A stretch of DNA of 63,861 nt, filler included, from Octopus bimaculoides (taxonomy: Eukaryota), in the NCBI RefSeq assembly GCF_001194135.2. It is 4 parts of 4 records of this genome, joined end to end, with 100 filler letters (N's around TTAATTAATTAA, not from the genome) between each part and the next. Parts side by side here need not be neighbours in the genome. Positions count along the whole stretch, not along the records: positions 40,499 to 59,841 come from NC_068990.1; positions 59,942 to 63,861 come from NC_068998.1; 2 more parts are not named here. One strand, 5' to 3'. Below are positions 53,256 to 63,861 of this stretch, in pieces (position 1 is the first letter of the stretch; each line of letters begins with the position of its first letter). The position numbers and the translations under genes were made by a program. The notes under the pieces were generated by a model that was not told the DNA's origin, ran no database searches, and worked only from the letters and a program-made list of their open reading frames with translations.

Positions 53256-53529
53256 GTGTATGTGTGTGTATGTATGTATGTATGTATGTATGTATGTATG
53301 CATGTATGCATGCATGTATGTATGTATGTATGTATGTATGTATGTATGTATGCATGTACACGTATATATATGTATATATATATATTAACAATTCCGCGAT
53401 TCATTTCTTATAGATGGTCGGGTCGCCGGCGACTAAACTAGCAACTCCATCCAGCCTGCTAGTTAAGAAAGGTGATTGTTGGACACCTTGCGGGACGAAA
53501 AACACCGTACAAACTTCCTAAATAAGTGG

Positions 53530-53930
53530 ATCACCTGGTTTTTGTTCTGACTCCGAGGCACTGGTAGAATGAAAATGTTGCCATCTGTCCTAAACTAGAT
53601 ATGAACACCTTCAGAACGCGACTTGCTAAGAAGTAGATTAAAAACAGGACGGAGACCATTAAACAAACCTGCATGATTCTATTCTTTACAGAGGATGTAC
53701 CAGAAGCTGAACCGCTTGTCCTCACGGAGGCTATCACACAATTATGGAATGATCTTATTAGTCTAACCGTCCTTTTTGAGCAACGAAACTTGTGCAGGGA
53801 TTTGCAGAGGACATCACGGTTTAGCGTATCAATAATACTATCGACTACTTTCATAACAGAGAGAAGCCATTGTTTTCATGAGTTCTCCCTATTTGAACAG
53901 CGTGAATGTACGCTAAATTAAGATGATCAT
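53530..53930 (-). pseudogene. RTE-clade RT fragment
   Basis: IDTLNRDVLCKSLHKFRCSKRTVRLIRSFHN..VKNRIMQVCLMVSVLFLIY resembles AFD.VNR..LW..L.KFG.P..V..IRSFH..VKQGC..AP.LF. Confidence 0.7.
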
Positions 53931-54050
53931 CGATAAGATGCTAGGAAAATGTTTGATCAGCAAACATCCAGTGATACATCTACTTGAATAGAATTAGCAG
54001 AGGTAATTCAATAGCAACGACTGATATCACAATTGCTGCAACAACAGCAA

Positions 54051-54081
<31 letters not shown>

Positions 54082-55599
54082 TATGGCGACGATGGCACTG
54101 CCTGGTACAATGAGACGCTGCAGAATGTACAAGAAATACAAAGAAAAGACGCGGAAGACAGTTTGGTTAAATAACTTGAGTTAATTGGAAGCAAGAAATT
54201 AAAATTATACGTACATACACCCACTCCTACATCTAAACACACAAGTGTGCGTGTGTGTGTGTGTGTGTGCAGAGTGAGTATGTGCGCAGTAATTAGTATA
54301 TATATGTGTATATATATATNNNNNNNNNNNNNNNNNNNNNNNNNNNNNNNNNNNNNNNNNNNNNNNNNNNNNNNNNNNNNNNNNNNNNNNNNNNNNNNNN
54401 NNNNNNNNNNNNNNNNNNNNNNNNNNNNNNNNNNNNNNNNNNNNNNNNNNNNNNNNNNNNNNNNNNNNNNNNATATATACGTATCTATATAGATATATAG
54501 ATATAGATATATATACTATCTATATAGATATATAGATATATATGCATATATATATGCATATATATATATGTTTGTATGTATGTATGTATGTATGTTTGTA
54601 TGTATGTATGTAACCACGCTGGAAGGTAAAAGCACATAAAAGAAGAGTTGCGGGATGAGAAGAAGATCAAAAAGAAAGAAAAACACGAAAGAAAACGTTA
54701 TAAAGAGAGAAAAAAAGGTGAAAAGTTAGACTGATATACAAAAGAATACACACACACACACACACACGCACGCGCGCACAAACATATTTATATAGCTATA
54801 TGTATATATTTTACGTATATATATATGATATAATAAAATATAACATAAAGACGCTGGTTAATTAAATAATGAGCATAAAGTAATTAACAAAGTCTTAAGA
54901 ACAGGCAACAAAAGAATGAGATAGTAAAAAAAACATGAAAAAAAAGTCAAATCTAATAGTGATGTAACTTCATTTTTCTTGAGGTTTTAGTAAGAGGTGA
55001 GGTACAGGGAGAGAAAGAGATGGCGGCGCTGGAGGTGATGGCGGTGGTAGTGGTGGTGATGGTGGTGGTGGTGATGGTGATGGTGGTGGCTGAAGTTCTG
55101 TAAAATGGTATTAAAAGAAACGAAGAAGAAAAGAATGAGTGAAAGAAATCGTTATATAAATTAAATAAAGTAATTAAAATTTGAAATTAAGCAAAATAAT
55201 AATAATAAAAGATACAATAAATACAACATACGCAAAAAGAAACAGAAAAGAAGCAAAAATGATAATTTAAATTAGATAAGTATAAAAAAATACATAACAT
55301 GGCGGAACGAGAGAAATAAGTTGATGAGAAAGAGAGAAAATAGGAAAAATTGTGTAAAAAAAGAAAAGGAGGCGAAGTCTGCGAGTAATTGGTGATGAGT
55401 TTTCGTTGTCGATGAAGAAGTATCTAACCAAGCTATGGCTGGTTAATTAATTCTACTAATTTAGTTAATAATAACCACGTTATATTGTATTAGTAGTTAG
55501 TGTAATGGCGGCGAGGTGAAGGTGTGTATGCGTATGTGTTCGTGCGTGTGCGTATATATACACATACATATACATACATCCATATATATATGTTTGCAT

Positions 55600-55630
<31 letters not shown>

Positions 55631-56069
55631 NNNNNNNNNNNNNNNNNNNNNNNNNNNNNNNNNNNNNNNNNNNNNNNNNNNNNNNNNNNNNNNNNNNNNN
55701 NNNNNNNNNNNNNNNNNNNNNNNNNNNNNNNNNNNNNNNNNNNNNNNNNNNNNNNNNNNNNNNNNNNNNNNNNNNNNNNNNNNNNNNNNNNNNNNNNNNN
55801 NNNNNNNNNNNNNNNNNNNNNNNNNNNNNNNNNNNNNNNNNNNNNNNNNNNNNNNNNNNNNNNNNNNNNNNNNNNNNNNNNNNNNNNNNNNNNNNNNNNN
55901 NNNNNNNNNNNNNNNNNNNNNNNNNNNNNNNNNNNNNNNNNNNNNNNNNNNNNNNNNNNNNNNNNNNNNNNNNNNNNNNNNNNNNNNNNNNNNNNNNNNN
56001 NNNNNNNNNNNNNNNNNNNNNNNNNNNNNNNNNNNNNNNNNNNNNNNNNNNNNNNNNNNNNNNNNNNNN

Positions 56070-56119
<50 letters not shown>

Positions 56120-56816
56120 GTGTGTGTGTGTGTGTGTGTGCGTGTGTACGCATGTTTGCATATACACATGTATGTATTTATGTATGTATATATGTGTGTG
56201 TGTGTGTGTGTGCGTGTGTGTAGATATAAAAATATACATATACACACGCAAATATGTTTGTGTTTAAGTAAGAACGTACCGTTAAACATACAAATACTCC
56301 CCCACGTCCGTGTGTTTGTGTGTGTATGTATATATGTATGTATATATGAGCGTACATGTCTATAATGTGACAGCGCGTGTCTACGTGAATACGCGTGTGT
56401 TGTGAGTGTATGTACGTTTGTGTTTGACTGAAGGCATGGTAAGTTCCGCGAAGTCTTCGCTACGAAACTGTTGCTTCAACGAAGGGAATTTCGCTGTTGG
56501 TCATAGCGATAGTGATGATGATTACGATGTGGTGGGTAGCTGTGGTGGTCGTGTTGGGATTGGTAGTTGCGAAATTTAGGCGTTGGTGGAGTAGATGCGG
56601 GTGGATGTGTTTGGCAGAATGGTATTGCCAGTGGCTGATAGTAAGAGTGGAGATGTAGGACATGAAGTGTGAGTGCGCGTTTTTGTGTACACGTTTTCAT
56701 ACGTTTGTATGTGTTAATGTGTACATATGTGTGTGTGTGGAGGTATGTATGTATATTCATATAGAAAGAGGTAGAGAGATATGCGCATATGCATACACGC
56801 ACACCAATACATACAT

Positions 56817-56857
<41 letters not shown>

Positions 56858-58131
56858 CCGAGCGCATTCAATGCATACATATGTGTGCATGTATATATGT
56901 ATATATACATACATATATAAATATATATATATACACACCCACACGCTTGTGTATATACATATATATCATGCTATTTCCAAATTAATTTATTATATAATGT
57001 GAGTAAATGTGTGCGCATGTATGTTCTTATGTATTTACGTGTGTATATATATACATGTGTGTGTATGTGTGTGTATGTTTGCATGTTTATATACATATAC
57101 ACATATATGTATGCATACACACATACACAATATTTACACACACACACGCACATGCTCCANNNNNNNNNNNNNNNNNNNNNNNNNNNNNNNNNNNNNNNNN
57201 NNNNNNNNNNNNNNNNNNNNNNNNNNNNNNNNNNNNNNNNNNNNNNNNNNNNNNNNNNNNNNNNNNNNNNNNNNNNNNNNNNNNNNNNNNNNNNNNNNNN
57301 NNNNNNNNNNNNNNNNNNNNNNNNNNNNNNNNNNNNNNNNNNNNNNNNNNNNNNNNNNNNNNNNNNNNNNNNNNNNNNNNNNNNNNNNNNNNNNNNNNNN
57401 NNNNNNNNNNNNNNNNNNNNNNNNNNNNNNNNNNNNNNNNNNNNNNNNNNNNNNNNNNNNNNNNNNNNNNNNNNNNNNNNNNNNNNNNNNNNNNNNNNNN
57501 NNNNNNNNNNNNNNNNNNNNNNNNNNNNNNNNNNNNNNNNNNNNNNNNNNNNNNNNNNNNNNNNNNNNNNNNNNNNNNNNNNNNNNNNNNNNNNNNNNNN
57601 NNNNNNNNNNNNNNNNNNNNNNNNNNNNNNNNNNNNNNNNNNNNNNNNNNNNNNNNNNNNNNNNNNNNNNNNNNNNNNNNNNNNNNNNNNNNNNNNNNNN
57701 NNNNNNNNNNNNNNNNNNNNNNNNNNNNNNNNNNNNNNNNNNNNNNNNNNNNNNNNNNNNNNNNNNNNNNNNNNNNNNNNNNNNNNNNNNNNNNNNNNNN
57801 NNNNNNNNNNNNNNNNNNNNNNNNNNNNNNNNNNNGGTGGTGGTGGTGGTGGTAGCGGTTGTCATGGTGGTGGCACCGTCGTAACAAGTGACGTGTTTTG
57901 TGCATTTTATCTCCTGATGAAATCTTTCTATCTCCGGGTTTCCAAAACGGGAAGAAGAGAAAGGTAGACAGAATGAGTCAATGGATGAAAAGAATTGGCT
58001 CCCAATGAAGGGCTGACATTTCGCCCATCGGAACCGAAATGACGAAATGTAAGCTTGATTCCGGCGCGATTTCAGCTCGGCACTCTGCCGGAATCTCGAC
58101 GGGGACAAAAGGTCACCTGTGTCAGTAAGTA

Positions 58132-58552
58132 TTGGGTCACCCTATAAATAATGCAGTTTATTCAATTACATGAAGTAAAAGTTGGAGGGGGGCGGGATAA
58201 ACTACCTGTATCAACTTGTTATAAAAGCAGGTAATAATTTTACCTTGTTCTTATTCTTAGTGCAAATTTTGAAGAGTGCAGTTCGATTTTAATAGTCATT
58301 TTTACAAAGCTATAATAGAAGTGACAAAGGAGCATATTCGGCATCTTTTGCTTCATGAATTCAATAAAGGCAACAACGCAACGGAAAGGGCAAGGAATAT
58401 TAATGCAGTATAAGGAGATTGGACGAGCGTAGGCCAGTGTCAACGGTGGTTCCAGAAATTCCGAGCCGGAAACTACAGACTAGAAGACGAGTCTCGTCCA
58501 GGAAGATCTGTAGAACTCGAACGAGGACATACAGCAAACCCTAGTGGAACAA
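58132..58552 (+). mobile_element. 5' portion of a mariner element (left TIR and N-terminal HTH region), decayed
   Basis: TA+TTGGGTCACCCTATAAATAATGC; IEVTKEHIRHLLLHEFNKGNNATE..QCQRWFQKFRAGNYRLEDESRPGRSVE. Confidence 0.88.
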
Positions 58553-58974
58553 ACAGCGCTTGTGGGTTTAAACGAAAGGCAATGAGAATGACAGATAATA
58601 TTAGACGCTCTTCAAACTTGTTAACTTTTGCCATGGGGACAGAGTTGCATGGCAAAAATCTTATAAACATGCGTTTAGTACGAAGATAATGAGAATTTAA
58701 CACACGTTGACTGCGATTAACTTCAGTCTTCATCTCACAACATCTGATCTAATCTGTTACACATATTTGAACCCATGCATAAAGTGGGGGGAAGCGGATT
58801 TAGGTGTATGTGTGTGTGTTTATATGTGCAAGTGTCTGCGTGTGTGTGCGTATGTGTTTGTGTGTATAGTGTGTTGTCCAACGTCAATGCTTTTGTGCCA
58901 AACCAAAACGAATTATGTAATATATAATCGTGTAACTACATACTTATATAGACAGACAGACAGACAGACAGACC

Positions 58975-59064
<90 letters not shown>

Positions 59065-60023
59065 AAGATAGATAGATAGATAGATAGTATGATGGTGGTG
59101 GTGGTGGTGGTGGTGGTTTTGGTGGTAGTGGTGGTGGTGGTGGTGGTGGTGGCTGCGGCGGCGATGTTTGTTATTAGCACATTGACTGGTGCCACTATGT
59201 GGGTGGGGATCGGACTCCGCCTGTTTAAAAACGCACTACACAACACTAAATAAAATAATAGAAATCACAACAACAAAAAAAGACAAAGCAAAAGCAAACG
59301 ACACTTAAGAATGAAAGATAAACAAAATCCACCCACACCCATCCCCACCGAAACGAAATCATAACAAAAATATTAAAAACAACAGCAAGGACAAGAAAAA
59401 TAGAGCCACGACAACAATAACAAAAATAAACAACAAAAAGAGGAAGCGTAACAATATCAACAACAACAACAATCAACAAAAATCATACAAACATTAACTA
59501 AATAACAAATATGATTCTTCCACAACAAAATATCTTGACAATGAAAAAGAAGATGAAAGAAACCGGCGTTTCGGTTTTGTCTTTGTTTTCAGTTCGAGTT
59601 AAAGAAGTCAAATAGATTTTCGAGTGTTTACAGTTATCATCGTATTTATTTGATAATTTTTCAGCTTCAAAGTGTTTCAACTTCATTCATAACATGATTT
59701 TTTTCGTTTCTTTGTTTGCTTGTTTTTTGCATTTCTTTATATTATGTGTATCATAATTGTGTATGTGTGTGTGCATGCATGCATGTATGAATGTAAGTAT
59801 ACATATGTATATATATATATATATATATACATATATATATANNNNNNNNNNNNNNNNNNNNNNNNNNNNNNNNNNNNNNNNNNNNTTAATTAATTAANNN
59901 NNNNNNNNNNNNNNNNNNNNNNNNNNNNNNNNNNNNNNNNNTTCAGTAGTTAGGTCCTCATACTCAGAATATTATAAAACTAGCTCTTATTTATCTATCT
60001 AGCTATTACTTAATCGCTCGGCA

Positions 60024-60159
<136 letters not shown>

Positions 60160-60739
60160 ATGTCTGTCTATCTGTCTGTCAGGCTGTCTGTCTGTCTATC
60201 TACCGATCCATCTATCTAGCAATGAGCATGTTTCTTTCAGTTCGTCAATAAATCTTTCAAGATTGATCTATGTAAATTTTTTGTCTTACGTTTTTTTGTT
60301 CCACCACCACGTTTACCAACTTTCTTCCATGGAACACGTAAATAAAATTAAAAGCCCAAGACATCTACCACGAAAGGAAAAACAAAAACACCAGTAACAT
60401 CTATTAAATTGAAATCTCGAAGCAGTGAGTTATCAGATTAATCTTCTTTCATGCTAATGTATTCCTATTGTGAAATTAAATGTCATTATGCGAAAATGAA
60501 ATTTCGTGATTGCAGCCTAAACTGTATAATGCAATAAATGTTTAGATGTTTTAGAATTTTTACTCAAGCAAAGGGCAGACAATGTGTTCTATTCGTTGCG
60601 CAGCAATTAATTGCATAAACCTTGGGGGTAACAAGTCAAACTTTTTGTATAAAAACGACAACAACAGCAATAACAATGACAAGAACAACATCTTTAGTAA
60701 TACTAGTAAACGTGGTAGTAGTATTAGTAGTAAAAAATA

Positions 60740-61000
<261 letters not shown>

Positions 61001-61199
61001 TTCATTTAATTGCCAAGACGGTGAAGGATGAGAGAGACAGTACAAAGACAGACATAACGTGTGGGGGGTTTACCTATAATGAAATGATAAAAAAAAAAGA
61101 CGACAGAAAGAAAGAATTTATGTATACACTGAAAAAGAAGGGACATATGCATAGCATACAAAGTTTTAAAAAGAATGGAAGAGGATGATGATAGAGATG

Positions 61200-61468
61200 T
61201 GGTCCTCTAGGGATAATCGAAGAACCCCAGGATCTGAGATTTCCCTGAAACCCCAGGAGCAAGTCCTCTCTAATTCCCTCTCTCCGACTCAAAGGTCTAC
61301 ACTTAAATAGGTACCATGCACTCTTGCTATTTTCGTAACATTCACCCACCTTTCAATAAACTCACTTGAGGACATTACTTCACTCTCCACTCTCAATTTT
61401 TCATTCAAATGAAACTTGAAAAGGTCAATGAGAACTCTACCAAAGAGGAATGTAGAGCTCCAACACAT
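61200..61468 (-). pseudogene. L1/Tx1-like ORF2 C-terminal fragment with 3' UTR
   Basis: LIDLFKFHLNEKLRVESEVMSSSEFIERWV resembles the Tx1-type F..HL..K.R.E......F..RW ending. Confidence 0.45.
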
Positions 61469-61817
61469 CAATTACACAGTAAGTACGTACATTGAATAAT
61501 TACCAATACGAGCAACTGTCCATACATCTATGTGCACATGCTAATATTTACAAGCAACATAAATAATGCTTACACCACACACGTACACTTACAGAAAATA
61601 AAAGAAAAGCAAGTGTCACGAGCGACGCCGAACCAAACAAAACAAAGCGACTTCCTACAAACGAATATGAAAAGGAGCAAACTAGTCACTCAGCTTAAAA
61701 CATCTTGACTTTAAGGGAATAAAATCATAATTGATTTCCCTTTATTTTTTTAGCCAAAGCCATGAACTTTTCAGCCCACCCACGTATATCTATCTATCTG
61801 TATTTACACACATACAC

Positions 61818-61854
<37 letters not shown>

Positions 61855-63861
61855 CGTGTGTGTGTGTATGTATGTATATATCTATATATGTGTGTGTATA
61901 TATACGTGTATATATATATATGTGTATGTGTGTATTTATATGTGTGTGGCGTGCGCGTTGATATATATATATATATCTTTAGATATTTATGTATAAAATG
62001 AGAGAAATAGGAAAAGGGAGATATAAAGATAGAGAGAGAGGGAGGAGGAAAGGAGCGGGAGAGAGAGACATGGAGAGTAAGAGAGCGAGAGCGACTGAGA
62101 TAGGGAGAGAGTGAGAGAGAGATAACGAGAGAGAGAGAGAGAGAGAGAGANNNNNNNNNNNNNNNNNNNNNNNNNNNNNNNNNNNNNNNNNNNNNNNNNN
62201 NNNNNNNNNNNNNNNNNNNNNNNNNNNNNNNNNNNNNNNNNNNNNNNNNNNNNNNNNNNNNNNNNNNNNNNNNNNNNNNNNNNNNNNNNNNNNNNNNNNN
62301 NNNNNNNNNNNNNNNNNNNNNNNNNNNNNNNNNNNNNNNNNNNNNNNNNNNNNNNNNNNNNNNNNNNNNNNNNNNNNNNNNNNNNNNNNNNNNNNNNNNN
62401 NNNNNNNNNNNNNNNNNNNNNNNNNNNNNNNNNNNNNNNNNNNNNNNNNNNNNNNNNNNNNNNNNNNNNNNNNNNNNNNNNNNNNNNNNNNNNNNNNNNN
62501 NNNNNNNNNNNNNNNNNNNNNNNNNNNNNNNNNNNNNNNNNNNNNNNNNNNNNNNNNNNNNNNNNNNNNNNNNNNNNNNNNNNNNNNNNNNNNNNNNNNN
62601 NNNNNNNNNNNNNNNNNNNNNNNNNNNNNNNNNNNNNNNNNNNNNNNNNNNNNNNNNNNNNNNNNNNNNNNNNNNNNNNNNNNNNNNNNNNNNNNNNNNN
62701 NNNNNNNNNNNNNNNNNNNNNNNNNNNNNNNNNNNNNNNNNNNNNNNNNNNNNNNNNNNNNNNNNNNNNNNNNNNNNNNNNNNNNNNNNNNNNNNNNNNN
62801 NNNNNNNNNNNNNNNNNNNNNNNNNNNNNNNNNNNNNNNNNNNNNNNNNNNNNNNNNNNNNNNNNNNNNNNNNNNNNNNNNNNNNNNNNNNNNNNNNNNN
62901 NNNNNNNNNNNNNNNNNNNNNNNNNNNNNNNNNNNNNNNNNNNNNNNNNNNNNNNNNNNNNNNNNNNNNNNNNNNNNNNNNNNNNNNNNNNNNNNNNNNN
63001 NNNNNNNNNNNNNNNNNNNNNNNNNNNNNNNNNNNNNNNNNNNNNNNNNNNNNNNNNNNNNNNNNNNNNNNNNNNNNNNNNNNNNNNNNNNNNNNNNNNN
63101 NNNNNNNNNNNNNNNNNNNNATATATATATATATATACACATATATACATACATATACATGTATGCACACATAAAAGTTTACCTTTCATTTCTTTAGAAA
63201 AGAAAGAAAATATAAATTACAACAACAAAAAACATTTTTCATTTATTAGACATTTCGTATTAAACAGACCAATTCAAAATAAAACATAAACTTGTATTGA
63301 AATTTCTAATTTCAATAGATTAAGAAGAATTAGTATGGAATACAGCTTCGTATATTAAGTTAATATCATCTTTTATATTAAAAGACTCCAGCGGTTGGCT
63401 CATTCAGTTTTCGTAAGGGAGAGAAATATGTAAGGTATTTATCGCTTTATATTTTGTTCTGTTTTCATCGTCCATGTTACATTATATACTTTTACGTATA
63501 TGTATTTAATAATGTGTTTAATAATCTCTAAATGGCTTCAATTATATAATAGATAAGAAGATAAATAAATGCTAATGAGATAAACGTTTATACAATACCC
63601 ATATAGAAATTCATATCTATGATATTTTAGGAATATTAAGTTATTGGGAGAAAATGATATCAGAATATATGTATGAAAGCATGCGTGTATGTATGTATGT
63701 ATGTATGTATGCATGAATGTATGTATGTATGTATGTATGTATGTTTGTATGTATGTATTTATGTAAGTATGTATGTAGGTATGTATGTGTCTTTGAACGT
63801 ATGTATGTACATACCTACATACATACTTACATAAATACATACATACAAACATACATACATA

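Noticed and set aside
58553-58740. Inverted continuation of the mariner transposase (TEVNRSQRV)
   Set aside because: Similarity is too short to support; catalytic motifs are absent

Overview
This is eukaryotic (metazoan), AT-rich, repeat-dense genomic DNA from a gapped draft assembly. The SINE families and microsatellite load resemble an octopus/cephalopod genome; that is an inference from pattern recall, not a database result. I found no confidently supported host protein-coding gene, intact tRNA/rRNA gene or CRISPR array. Most listed ORFs are microsatellite or N-gap artefacts. Recognisable content: (1) three decayed mariner transposase copies, one full-length with TIRs and TA duplications, plus a mariner fold-back MITE; (2) an internally deleted CsRN1-like Gypsy element with 5' LTR, tRNA-Trp PBS and RT-RNaseH remnants; (3) non-LTR fragments of R4/Dong-like, HERO-like, RTE-like and L1/Tx1-like type; (4) a Helentron/pearl-like non-autonomous element; (5) a candidate solo LTR; (6) many tRNA-derived SINEs of at least 3-4 families. 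Three observations stand out. The Gypsy PBS continues past the canonical 18 nt into the tRNA-Trp T-arm, with a mismatch exactly opposite A58, and is fused directly to mid-RT. An R4/Dong-like LINE keeps both ends but has its internal domains in permuted order. A mariner MITE is built from two inverted copies of the element's 3' end. Coordinates were read by eye and may be off by a few bases.
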